A stretch of DNA of 61,649 nt, counting the filler, from Stramenopiles sp. TOSAG23-3 (lineage: Eukaryota): assembly GCA_900128585.1 (NCBI GenBank). It is 6 parts of 6 records of this genome, joined end to end, with 100 filler letters (N's around TTAATTAATTAA, not from the genome) between each part and the next. Parts side by side here need not be neighbours in the genome. Positions count along the whole stretch, not along the records: positions 20,615 to 30,809 come from LT642840.1; positions 30,910 to 41,101 come from LT642841.1; 4 more parts are not named here. One strand, 5' to 3'. Made by a program: the position numbers and the translations under genes. Each line of letters begins with the position of its first letter. The stretch's first letter is position 1. The notes beneath the pieces were generated by a model, which was given only the letters and a program-made list of their open reading frames with translations, made no database searches and had not been told where the DNA came from. Positions 21,883 through 31,738 of the stretch are shown one piece after another.

Positions 21883-23298
21883 TCACGAATCTGCTGCGCT
21901 TTGGCTCACAGCGCGCTTCCGAAGCGGTCTTTTAAAGTTACAAACGCCTATCAATTCTCCGGAACCAAGGCAGCATATGGTCGTCCCACAGTTCGGATGG
22001 CATGCCAATGCCGTCACGTTATTTTCGGGCTGTGGCGGTTTTGAGCGGTCGAGCTGCCTGCACACAGGCCTGGCGTTTGTCCGCCGGACGTCAATGTACT
22101 GCAAAATGGGGGACCTTCGCCCGCCCACACAGACTAAGCCTGTCGGGTAACCGCTGCCAAAAAAATCGACGACGTGCCCCTGTGTTGCCCAAAAAGGCTG
22201 CACTACCTCTTCGCCGTCCTCGACGACTGGTGTCACGACAGGCTCGGGCTCCAAGGACTCTATCTCTCCCATTGTGCTCAACCGGTGAGGCTCGTACACA
22301 ATGTACAGTCCTCCGCCGCTGTTTCGAACCACCACCATTCCGGACCTGGAAGGGTCCACTACCATCTCCTGGATTCGCCGCCCAACCGAGGTCTCCGTCT
22401 TTAATTTAGGTGCGGGTTTGGCCCCAAAGGTAGGAACCTTCAGCCGCCGCAGGTCCCAGCAAGCAATCTCTCCACTTGCATTTCCAGCAAAAACGCACCG
22501 CCCGTCCGTGCTGGTACAAACCGCCGTTGCTGGGGAAGTTTTTCGAAACCTTGTGGAATCGATTGTCCACTTCGGGATCAACGTGCTGGCGCTGGGCTTT
22601 GACCGTACATCCCATATTCGAACGCAACCGACAGGCCCTCCGGAGGATACCAATTGCTTGGTTCGTTCGACGAATGCAACGCAGGAGTGGCCCTGCCCCA
22701 ACCCATCCGTCCGAAGTGCAGTGTATTCTGCCATGGGATTGTCTTGCCAATGGCTCAAATCGTACTGAAAAATTTTTGGAGAGCTACGGCTGGCAGCTAC
22801 CAAAATGTTATTGTCCCACGGGCACCAGCGCACGTCATTTACCTGGGCGCGCAGCGCCAAGCAGTGGTAAGGCGTTTCTTTTTCGACCGGGGCGGCCAAG
22901 GGGACGCCTCCGGAGTTCCTGCAAAAACTCCGATGGTCATAAATGCGAATGTAGCCCATTCGATTTCCGCTCGGGGACTTTATAAAGCCACCCGCGGCAA
23001 AATAATCCCCTGATTTCTTATACCTAATGGCAAGAATTTGGTGGGAGAAGCCGTCTCGCCAGGGACCTCTGTACATACACCCAATCTTCTTACGGCTTTT
23101 CAAGCAAAACGATGTCGGCAGCCGACGGAACGACCGACCCACGGCCCTCAGAATCCGAGACGCTCGCTTGTCTGCAGCGTTTGCCTTCCTTGTAGGCTCG
23201 CCCTGAGTACCCTCTGTTTCTAACGGCTCCGGTAATGGAACAGGCGCAGACAGTGCCCGGCCGTCCCGTTTCCACGCAGACGGCAGCTTCCGCTTCAT
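21883..23298 (-). CDS. WD40-repeat protein
   Basis: WD-like repeat ends: GYIRIYD, VNDVRWCP, GCVRIWDVR, GEIACWDLR, VTALACHP. Confidence 0.85.
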   Translation of the reverse strand: MKRKLPSAWKRDGRALSAPVPLPEPLETEGTQGEPTRKANAADKRASRILRAVGRSFRRLPTSFCLKSRKKIGCMYRGPWRDGFSHQILAIRYKKSGDYFAAGGFIKSPSGNRMGYIRIYDHRSFCRNSGGVPLAAPVEKETPYHCLALRAQVNDVRWCPWDNNILVAASRSSPKIFQYDLSHWQDNPMAEYTALRTDGLGQGHSCVAFVERTKQLVSSGGPVGCVRIWDVRSKPSASTLIPKWTIDSTRFRKTSPATAVCTSTDGRCVFAGNASGEIACWDLRRLKVPTFGAKPAPKLKTETSVGRRIQEMVVDPSRSGMVVVRNSGGGLYIVYEPHRLSTMGEIESLEPEPVVTPVVEDGEEVVQPFWATQGHVVDFFGSGYPTGLVCVGGRRSPILQYIDVRRTNARPVCRQLDRSKPPQPENNVTALACHPNCGTTICCLGSGELIGVCNFKRPLRKRAVSQSAADS

Positions 23299-23960
23299 TG
23301 TGTTCAGAACAAAATCAATCGTTTCCCAAAAACGTTTATCCCGCGACCATTGTTCAGTAAATCTTGAATCTTTCTTTCTAACCTTAAACGCTTCTATATA
23401 TCAACTAAAATTCTCATGAAACATGCTTGATTTCTTTTTACAGCAGCAGGTACAATATTATTTACATTCTTGGTAGTAGTAAAAATAATGACCTCTCATT
23501 TTCAATTTTTTTTTACTAACACTGTGCTGCTGCTATTATATTAATTATAATAATAATACAGTAATAAAAAAAAAAACACAATATTTCTATCTCACAAAAA
23601 AAGGTAAGATACCGGTATAAATACATTATAACAGCACCAATAAAAAATAAAGAAGAAGAATACGGAAAATTATTCTAAATTATTATGGGAGGATGATAGT
23701 CTATGATGATGACTCTGATGGAAAAAAATGATAATAATAGAGAAAATTGATGAAGAAGAAGAAGAAGAATGAAAAAATCGATCATGGAGGGAGGCACGGC
23801 GCAAGAGGAGGAGGGCGAGGAGGAAAGAGCCTTGTTTTTCTTCTTTCTTTTCCGATTGTTAAATTGAATAAATATTTTATTTCCAACATATATGGCAATG
23901 AAGAACATTGTTTTAATGAATTAATGCAAGTAGATTTTTTCAGGGTTGTGGTGCATATTT

Positions 23961-24983
23961 ATGGAAGGGAACGCTATCAGCGCAGCGTTCACGGCTCTGT
24001 GGCGTGGGTTGGACGGGGATGAACTGTCTGCACGAGTGGCTGTGGATTTGCTCAAAACAGACCAGGTGGAAGTAATGCGCAGGGCACGCTTTGCCCCTGC
24101 TCTCCGGGCTCTTGTTGGGGCGAGGGAAAAGGCTGTAAATCAATGCCTGCGCTCTGCGTGTTACGGGGCTCAACCTGCCGACTACACTGTTTTGGAAAAC
24201 GCAGACGACGAGCTCTTCGCGCAATGTCTACGCGGGGAGTCCGACACGTCTGGAGGGAAAGAAGGGCGTATGGACTGGGATCTTCGTTGGGAACTCATTG
24301 ATAAGCAAATGCAAAATAAGGTTTCGTGTATAGAAGACAGCTCCAGTGCGGTGCATTTGCCTGCTGAAGCTGTGAAGAAGAGCAAGGTTGTCGTAGTATC
24401 GCTCGGGGCAGGCCTTGATATGCGGTGCCAGCACAGTTGTCTGAACCTAGAGGGGGAAGAGGCCGTTGCTTGGCTCCGCGTGGATCGTGAGTGTGTGCAG
24501 GTCCATGCACGTTCGTATTGTCAAGTATTAGGATGCCAAAAATGCTCGTTTATAAACGGAGATGTAGCCGCAAAATCGACTAGTAAAAAGATTTTGCATT
24601 ACTTGAAGAACTATGAACCCCATCGAGTGGTGTGGTTGGCGGAAGGACTAGTGGAATATCTCAAACCTCGGCTGCAGAAAAAAATGTTGGAGCTTATCTC
24701 GAATGTTCAAGGGCAGCTTCCTGGTGTAGAGGGTGAGTTGGTCGTGGCTTTGCTTGGAAAATCGATTAATAAGCCCATGAAGCTCCATTATGGCGCGCAA
24801 TTTGGTTGGAAGTTTTCGAGCATAAACGAAGTGGAGGTGCTTCTCACCGAAGAATTAGGTTGGAATTGTGTGCCCCGCACATCTGCCGTCAAAGCGCCGG
24901 GCGACACCACTGATGATCGTACCAGTTGCGCTACCAAGCAGCACCCTTGGGGTTTTCTGGTTCATATGCAGTACTCATCATAG
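23961..24983 (+). CDS. LCM-family (leucine carboxyl methyltransferase-like) SAM-dependent methyltransferase
   Basis: R...ID, VVSLGAGLDMR, WLRVD and WLAEGLVEYL motifs. First ATG is 23961. Confidence 0.85.
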   Translation: MEGNAISAAFTALWRGLDGDELSARVAVDLLKTDQVEVMRRARFAPALRALVGAREKAVNQCLRSACYGAQPADYTVLENADDELFAQCLRGESDTSGGKEGRMDWDLRWELIDKQMQNKVSCIEDSSSAVHLPAEAVKKSKVVVVSLGAGLDMRCQHSCLNLEGEEAVAWLRVDRECVQVHARSYCQVLGCQKCSFINGDVAAKSTSKKILHYLKNYEPHRVVWLAEGLVEYLKPRLQKKMLELISNVQGQLPGVEGELVVALLGKSINKPMKLHYGAQFGWKFSSINEVEVLLTEELGWNCVPRTSAVKAPGDTTDDRTSCATKQHPWGFLVHMQYSS

Positions 24984-25083
24984 CAGAGTGTAAGAGGTAC
25001 AAAGTACGAACTTTTCTAAATTTTACAAAGAAAGTATTTTCTAAATACATCACACTCTCAAAAAACAGACGCGGTTCTTGCTT

Positions 25084-28000
25084 TCAGACCGCCGTCAGTT
25101 CAGTCAGTTTAATCTTCCCAGGCCCTTTGGGGTCTTCTACTACAATTCCAACCGACATTTTTTGGGTGCCATGTAGAGTTGGGTCCATTGACCCGTTTTC
25201 ATTCCCAACAGATTTCTCCTGGCTGTCCTTGTAACACGCACGATAGACTATGCTTGCACCTATCGCAATAAATATGACTACTGCGGCAACATACACTAAG
25301 GTCAGGTCGTCCTGGTCCGAAGAAAGATCGGGCGAGGCGGTCACCGTGCCTTTTTCAGGGGGCCCTGTGGTGGTTGTGCCTATGGGTAAAACACTTACAA
25401 CTTTTAAATTGACAACATTTTCCAAAGGAGCAAAATTTACCGGGTTCGCCTCTTTCATGTCGTCGTAGGACCATGACATCAGTGGATTCTCGCCGGGACC
25501 AATCACTTTCCCGGTATTAGTGTCTGCTAAAGTTCCACAGTTGTCCCAAGCGGAACCCGCATCTATTTTTCCAGACTCCCCCGACAAGGTTTCTGTGCAG
25601 CTGCCTTGGACAATATTACACCAACTGTGATCGTGATAACCGTAGCCAGAATCGAAAGGATTCCCACATTTGTGGTTTGTAAAAGAGTGTGTCTTATGCG
25701 TCCAATTCTTTTGGCACTGGCACCCTTGTGCAGTTCGTGGGGCACACCGAGGGACTTTCCATCCACACGAATCTGGCACAAGCCCTGCAATTTCTGCAGC
25801 GCACGTAACCCTAGTTCTGGAGAAGGACTCGTTGTGGCATAATAACGCGGAGAGCTCCACGCACACAGACCCATGGGTTTCAACAAAGTGTTTTACCTTT
25901 TCTGCCACTTGAATGCACTCATCTTCATCCTTTGTCTTAGTCTTGTTTTCGCCAAAGGAGTCGGAGATTTGAGGGCGGGAAAAGTCAAACATTCCAAGAA
26001 TATCATTGGTCAGGTTGCCCGAAGCAAAGACAGGGTCGCGACATTGCAAGGTATCGTTCAGTTCAAAGCATGTGTGCTGAAACTCCCACACACCTTCCGA
26101 TTTTTGCTGTATGAGCCCGCCATTTCTCTCATAACAAGAGAACGTACAGCAATCTCCACCATCCCAGCACCCATCAACATTCTTGCTCTCTTGGCACGTC
26201 CCATCATTGACTAGATTCGTAGACACCCCAGCGTCAGTGCAAGCCTTCGTGGTGAGGTGAGAGAGAAGTGACTGGGACAGTCCATCTGAGTCGGGCTTTC
26301 TCCACATCCCACGCTGGTCGTCGCAGAATATGAATCTGCGTGTGGTTCCTGCAACTACCGGGGTGCAAATTACCTTGCTTCTCTCTTCCAGTAAAATAAT
26401 CCCGTTGGAGGGAGTGCTTGCTGTGACCTCAAAGTGAAGGGTATACGCCCGCTCTCCAGGATCCATGGGAGTGAGGCCGTCTTGGGCATCCAAATACATC
26501 GCAGCGTGCTGTCGCCACGCTGTCCGTTCTATTTTGGCAAATAGGCACTTATTAGTCCCTTGCACGGTTTCATGGGATACCTTGGCAATCACTTTCGACG
26601 TGTAGTCGCGCACCGTGACCGTCAAAGCGCAGGCAATGGACTGAAGGTCGTTTTGCTGCGACTGAGGCCACACGATTGCAAGTGCAACTGAACTGGCCGG
26701 GTGGCCTGGCTCGTTCACTACCGGCCCAGACACCGCAGGGTACATACCCAGGCTGGTGTTGTAACGGCTAATATTGGTGCGAATTTGAGACTGCGAGAGC
26801 CTTCGTTGCACGGTCGGTGATCCAGGGCCGCTCGGTTCTTTTCCTTTGTACTTCGAAGTAATATCGTCTAAATCTGAAGTGCAGTCCCGGGGGGTATCAT
26901 GGTTTATCGTCTTTGCACAAGCCTCGGATATATCGCCCTTTTTTTTCGTCGATATCTGCAGTCCAACTGTCGCAAATTCGTCTCCAAACGGGTCAGTTAA
27001 GAAACCGCAATTCTCTCCGCAATCTTCTGGGTAAGGCTTGTAAGACGATGCCGCCGCAATGCTGTCGGCGCCCCGTGTATGGATCAAAATATTAGCATTT
27101 GTCTCTCCAATTACAAACTGGGAGTCGAAGCAACCATACTTTGTGGATTGATTCCTGCACACAGGGTCCATATTTTTCCTGATCAATTTAATCGATGCGG
27201 GCCCCATCATGTACGCTGGATGCTCAGGAAGTCCCGCGTCGCCCCCAAAAGAGAGTTCCTGGGGTGTCCCGTCGACTGCCTGCCACCCGTCCGCGCACGA
27301 TTTGCATTTTAAGTGCTCGTTCAGAAATGGACGCCGCATGTACATTTCGTTCCAAACATGGAAGGACCAGATGGAGTCGTGCCCCATCCCGGCGGGAATC
27401 GAGGTGGGAGAAAATATCCCGGTCGCCGTGTCCACAGTATAATACTTACTAATCGACCGATCGGCGTTCGTATCATGAGCACTTTGGAATGTCGTCACGG
27501 GTCGTGTTGGTATGCCAAGCGCACGTCCTAGCGTTGTCATTACCCCGCTGTACACAAAGCACTGGCAGTACTGGACGGGGTCGCCCCCCACTTTCCTGTG
27601 AACTTGGAAGAGTTCGGAGGTGCCGGTCCAATGGCCTGGTTCAAAGCAAGGCATGTTCGTGGAACAAGTGTACCCGCCGCCGGGCCTTCCAGTGGTGTAA
27701 CTTCCTTCTCCCCATTTTCCATAGCAAATGTCTTGGCCAAGGGCGTAGGAAAGATGGCGCGAGACGAGCGCGGAATCTCCTCGCTCTTCAGTTTTCATTC
27801 GTCTGATGCTGTCCAACGATATCGCCAAATTATTGTAATCAAATTGTTGAAAGTCCCAAACGTGCGCGGTGTTGGCGTCCGACAGACCTTGCCAAATTAA
27901 GCCCTTTTCCGAAAGAAAGTACTCTTGCCGATTGGACATGCTCTGCCGAATGTTATCTTTGCGGCCGTAAGGGTTGAAGAGGACCACGATTGTTGTATTG

Positions 28001-29391
28001 CACAAGTATTCTTTCACTACGTTTGCGCTGGTGTCGGTGACACGGACCCGTACACTTATCTGATTCCATCCAACAGGCGCATCGGGGGCCAGGGTCACGT
28101 GGGCCGCTACCCTCGTGGCGCCATCTTGGGTGGTTTTGACAGAGTATGCCGAGGCCGGGTAATCAGAATTCGGTGGCACCGTTATGTAGTGCTCCTGTCC
28201 TGTATCTTCTAAGCCAAACCGATAGGATTCGCCGACCCAGCTCCGCATTGTCACGGTGACCTCCTCTGCCAAAATGCTATTCTCGGGGCTGCTTACAAGA
28301 AGCTGAAAGTCATTGTCCCTGCGAACGATGAGAACGTTGTCCGGGATTTCCCGGAACATGTCGGTCTTCGAGTCCCGCCGGTTTACAGCGTACATAAAGT
28401 CCACACAGGGCTGCACGGGTCCACCTTGGTCGTAGTCTTCGTAATAAGAATAGCTTACAATCGCGCTACCCGCCGCATAGCCGTACGCCTTCATCGCAAG
28501 CTCCGTGTTTGATTTTCCGACGACCCTCAAATATTCGTTCCCGTGGGATTCTCCGTCCCCGTAGTAGCCCGAGTAATCGTACTTGAGCCCTTTGTACGTT
28601 GTCGACTCTTCGCTTCCATCGTCGTTGTTTCCCAGCAGGCCTTTGTTGCAGTTCAAGGTGTCGCAGTAGCCAATGATGGCCTTTCCCTCTGAAAAGGTCG
28701 AGTTGTCCTCTGTGTCGTACAGCTGGATGTCTACGTCCGCGTGAGCGTACAGCCTTACCCATAAGTTTTTCTTTCCGCGAGGAATTATCCCAACATCGAC
28801 GACACTGTCCTTCCGAACATCCATTGAGAACGTCCCGGTAAAAGGCTGCAATCCCAGGCACGTTGCAGACTGCTCGCGATCAAAGTGGTAGCTCACAGCT
28901 GCGGTCCCAGCTTCGAACGCGAAGGCTTTCATAACCAGGCTGGTGGTCGACACCCCTTCCACCGAAATCCACTCTTTCCCCGGCATGCCGCCAGTCCCCC
29001 CGTACCCCGAATAGCCCACACGCATGCCCTTGTAGTATACGTAACCGGCCCCTTCCTGCGAGCCAAGCGCCCCGAGATTGCACGTTTTCGGGTCTGCGCA
29101 CCACGCAACAACTGCCTTTCCTTCCGAAAATTTTGAAACGTCCTCGGAGTCATATATTTGAACGTCGACGTCGGCCGTGGCTGTCAAGTAAATTCGGACG
29201 TTCCACTTGTTTTTCGGTATTGCCCCTATGGTGACAAGTCCCCCAACTTGGGACATGTTTACGCTGAAGTTGCCGTTTCCCCCTTCGCACCCTGCCCCCC
29301 ATTCAAAACTGCATTCCACAACGCTTGCAAAGGTAAACAAAACAACTAACGCCGCCAAGACTTCGATTGATTTTTCCCCGCCGTTACCCAT
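25084..29391 (-). CDS. Type I membrane transglutaminase (animal-type core) with duplicated N-terminal domain and LNR-like and FN2/kringle-like Cys modules
   Basis: Signal peptide; LIVRR, VLFNPY, YGKW, PVQYCQCFVYSGV (Cys at 27559-61), RALGIPTRPVTTFQSAHD, DSIWSFHVWNE (His at 27358-60), GWQAVDGTPQE (Asp at 27271-73), GPAS, DITSKYK; TM segment LTLVYVAAVVIFIAIGASIVY. Confidence 0.92.
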   Translation of the reverse strand: MGNGGEKSIEVLAALVVLFTFASVVECSFEWGAGCEGGNGNFSVNMSQVGGLVTIGAIPKNKWNVRIYLTATADVDVQIYDSEDVSKFSEGKAVVAWCADPKTCNLGALGSQEGAGYVYYKGMRVGYSGYGGTGGMPGKEWISVEGVSTTSLVMKAFAFEAGTAAVSYHFDREQSATCLGLQPFTGTFSMDVRKDSVVDVGIIPRGKKNLWVRLYAHADVDIQLYDTEDNSTFSEGKAIIGYCDTLNCNKGLLGNNDDGSEESTTYKGLKYDYSGYYGDGESHGNEYLRVVGKSNTELAMKAYGYAAGSAIVSYSYYEDYDQGGPVQPCVDFMYAVNRRDSKTDMFREIPDNVLIVRRDNDFQLLVSSPENSILAEEVTVTMRSWVGESYRFGLEDTGQEHYITVPPNSDYPASAYSVKTTQDGATRVAAHVTLAPDAPVGWNQISVRVRVTDTSANVVKEYLCNTTIVVLFNPYGRKDNIRQSMSNRQEYFLSEKGLIWQGLSDANTAHVWDFQQFDYNNLAISLDSIRRMKTEERGDSALVSRHLSYALGQDICYGKWGEGSYTTGRPGGGYTCSTNMPCFEPGHWTGTSELFQVHRKVGGDPVQYCQCFVYSGVMTTLGRALGIPTRPVTTFQSAHDTNADRSISKYYTVDTATGIFSPTSIPAGMGHDSIWSFHVWNEMYMRRPFLNEHLKCKSCADGWQAVDGTPQELSFGGDAGLPEHPAYMMGPASIKLIRKNMDPVCRNQSTKYGCFDSQFVIGETNANILIHTRGADSIAAASSYKPYPEDCGENCGFLTDPFGDEFATVGLQISTKKKGDISEACAKTINHDTPRDCTSDLDDITSKYKGKEPSGPGSPTVQRRLSQSQIRTNISRYNTSLGMYPAVSGPVVNEPGHPASSVALAIVWPQSQQNDLQSIACALTVTVRDYTSKVIAKVSHETVQGTNKCLFAKIERTAWRQHAAMYLDAQDGLTPMDPGERAYTLHFEVTASTPSNGIILLEERSKVICTPVVAGTTRRFIFCDDQRGMWRKPDSDGLSQSLLSHLTTKACTDAGVSTNLVNDGTCQESKNVDGCWDGGDCCTFSCYERNGGLIQQKSEGVWEFQHTCFELNDTLQCRDPVFASGNLTNDILGMFDFSRPQISDSFGENKTKTKDEDECIQVAEKVKHFVETHGSVCVELSALLCHNESFSRTRVTCAAEIAGLVPDSCGWKVPRCAPRTAQGCQCQKNWTHKTHSFTNHKCGNPFDSGYGYHDHSWCNIVQGSCTETLSGESGKIDAGSAWDNCGTLADTNTGKVIGPGENPLMSWSYDDMKEANPVNFAPLENVVNLKVVSVLPIGTTTTGPPEKGTVTASPDLSSDQDDLTLVYVAAVVIFIAIGASIVYRACYKDSQEKSVGNENGSMDPTLHGTQKMSVGIVVEDPKGPGKIKLTELTAV

Positions 29392-30033
29392 TTCCGAACA
29401 ATTGAGGTTTCAGATTCTGGTTGATGAAGAGCTTGTAGACACAGGCTCGTAGCAAAACAGCCTGAAATGACCATATAAATAAACGATTTGGTATTAAAAT
29501 TTTATGTTAACACGACAATACATACAATGGAAATATTTGGTATAGACAATTGAAATCAATATTCACGAAGTGACGAAAGTATTGCATCCTGAATCCTGAA
29601 GGAACGTATCTTATAATCGCAATAATAAAAACATATCCCTTACTCTATTACTATCTCCTCGTATACGTTTAATACTACTATTATTCCTCATAATAATAAT
29701 AGTACTCGTAGTATATTATTATATTTTACGGGTTATAATAATAAATTATACCGGTAAATACCTGTAGTACTACAACACTAATAAAAAAAAACTCCTCTCA
29801 TAATACTACCTGGTTCCTACCGTACCGTACCGTACCAGGCCCCGTACGGGTACATTAATATTAAATATAATACCGGCACCATCTTTTTTTTATTATATTA
29901 TCCTTTTTTTTTTGTACAAGGAACAAGTAAATGTGTTGTAAAATTGAATGATTAAATGGAGTAAGAAATTATACGCTGTTTGCCATTGCAATTTGCTTGT
30001 ATTATTTCTTCAACCTATTCTCAAGTGCCTGGA

Positions 30034-30705
30034 ATGAATTTCCTTCGCAATTCTTTGTTTGCGATTGGCTTTCTGCTTGCCACTTCCTTGGAAGCGGCGG
30101 ACGTGAAGCCAGTCAAATGGCCGAATGAGTTTTCAGTTAGGTTTGTCAGCAATGTAACGTGGAACATCACTTCGAGGGAACAGGTGACTCCAATACCAGC
30201 AACTATGTATTACAATTGGGACATTCAAAGTCAACTTGTAGAGCACGGGGCTGGTGCGGTCGAGTGCCTTCATTTCTACAATTCCGCTCTGCCCTGTAAG
30301 CTTTACTTTACAAAGACTGGGCTTTACCGGGTGCTGGAGAGGCCGTTACCTCCGGGCGAACCAGAGTGCTGCTTGGATATGCCCCAAATCAAAGCATCCC
30401 CACCGAATTGGGCGATCGTCTCAAACGCAACATATGAAGGGGTTCAGAAAGATGTTTACAGCCAAATTGAGGCCGAATCGTTTTCATTTTTGTCGGCGGC
30501 TGGGCCGATGGGTCCACACAAATACTTCCAAACCGTCGCCACGAAGCTTCCACTGATTTTTACGTTTCCGGCCCATTCAGGGCGGCAGGATTACCATTTT
30601 GACCCAACGTCCATGTCAATAAGTCCCCAAGATCCGAAACTGTTCGCTTTGCCATCCGGATGCTTCAATGTCCTATGCAACAGCACAACAGGACAACATT
30701 ATTGA
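30034..30705 (+). CDS. Secreted Cys-containing protein, probably At4g14100/ependymin-related (LolA-like fold) family
   Basis: Signal peptide MNFLRNSLFAIGFLLATSLEA; motifs PVKWPNEF, MYYNW, ECC.....PPNW and DPKLFALPSGC. The family is recognised by eye only. Confidence 0.7.
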   Translation: MNFLRNSLFAIGFLLATSLEAADVKPVKWPNEFSVRFVSNVTWNITSREQVTPIPATMYYNWDIQSQLVEHGAGAVECLHFYNSALPCKLYFTKTGLYRVLERPLPPGEPECCLDMPQIKASPPNWAIVSNATYEGVQKDVYSQIEAESFSFLSAAGPMGPHKYFQTVATKLPLIFTFPAHSGRQDYHFDPTSMSISPQDPKLFALPSGCFNVLCNSTTGQHY

Positions 30706-30809
30706 ATCCATGTAAAAACTATATGATAATGAATGGACCATCGATCTCCACCAAATTTAAATGTTTTTTTTTCGTCGTCTTCTTCTTCTAAAAAATTTAA
30801 TTATTATTA

Positions 30810-30909
30810 NNNNNNNNNNNNNNNNNNNNNNNNNNNNNNNNNNNNNNNNNNNNTTAATTAATTAANNNNNNNNNNNNNNNNNNNNNNNNNNNNNNNNNNN
30901 NNNNNNNNN
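30810..30909. other. Artificial contig linker
   Basis: N44-TTAATTAATTAA-N44. Confidence 0.98.
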
Positions 30910-30946
30910 TTTTTCTAATTCGTAATCAATTGTCACATTGTTTAAA

Positions 30947-31738
30947 TTAATCACAAATCTGCACATATATTGTTTTACAAACCCCTGTGCCCTCGCAATT
31001 TATCTCGTTTTGTTGTACACAGTGTGTGTAGTGCGAAGAGGGAGTACTTGACGGGCACACCTTTTTGCAGTACTTCCCCCCCACGCAACGCCATGTACAC
31101 CCAATATTCGGGCGTCTTCTTAAGTGGCCCATGTTCCCCAGCCTTCGGGAGAACCTGGTGGGTGGAGAGATACGCCCGACCAGCTCGTCAAACTCGGGTG
31201 ACCTATTATCTTTTTTAACTCTCGCTCTAAGTTTGCGGCGAGGAAACTTCTTCGGGCCGACGTAATTCAGTGGACCATTCACGTCGTACAACGTGCTATC
31301 CATATCATTGCCAGATGTCCCGGCGCCATCGGTTGGAGAATCTGAAGAGAGTCCATTTGCAGCACTTTCTGGACCATTTGAAGTGTCGGAATCACGGCAT
31401 TGGCAAGCCATGCCGTCCGGCCCAACTTTCCAGCAAGTGCGGTATTTGCATTTGCTTGGCGATTTCCAGACACGCCCGACCAGCTCGTCAAACTCCTTGG
31501 GGGACCTATCTTTTTTAACAATCGCCCTAAATTTGCGGCGAGGAAATTTTTTGGGGCCGTCGTAAGTCAGCGGACGAGTTGATTCAAGCCTTTGACGGGT
31601 AGAAGGAAACGATCCCGCGTCTGTCAAATACCGAGCCAATCGTCCTTTTCCTGTTGAACCTTTCGCCATGACGCCGGGCGTGAAGCCATAGGTCAGCAAA
31701 GCGCTGCAAACAACTAGTTTCGAAATGTGCGCACCCAT
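30947..31738 (-). CDS. Secreted multi-module precursor: duplicated 34-aa basic/acidic cassette plus three 4-Cys peptides
   Basis: Signal peptide MGAHISKLVVCSALLTYGFTPGVMA. Cassettes lie at 31472-31573 and 31172-31273, exactly 300 bp apart. The Cys peptides are CKYRTCWKVGPDGMACQC, CTWRCVGGKYCKKVC and CVQQNEINCEGTGVCKTIYVQIC. Confidence 0.85.
   Translation of the reverse strand: MGAHISKLVVCSALLTYGFTPGVMAKGSTGKGRLARYLTDAGSFPSTRQRLESTRPLTYDGPKKFPRRKFRAIVKKDRSPKEFDELVGRVWKSPSKCKYRTCWKVGPDGMACQCRDSDTSNGPESAANGLSSDSPTDGAGTSGNDMDSTLYDVNGPLNYVGPKKFPRRKLRARVKKDNRSPEFDELVGRISPPTRFSRRLGNMGHLRRRPNIGCTWRCVGGKYCKKVCPSSTPSSHYTHCVQQNEINCEGTGVCKTIYVQICD

Noticed and set aside
31172-31573. Repeat-spacer-repeat pattern as a CRISPR-like array
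   Set aside because: There are only two 102-bp in-frame coding repeats in a eukaryotic gene, and no cas genes.
25084-31738. Transglutaminase, secreted protein and peptide precursor as one biosynthetic cluster
   Set aside because: The precursor is on a different contig, across the artificial linker at 30810-30909, so the proximity is an artefact.
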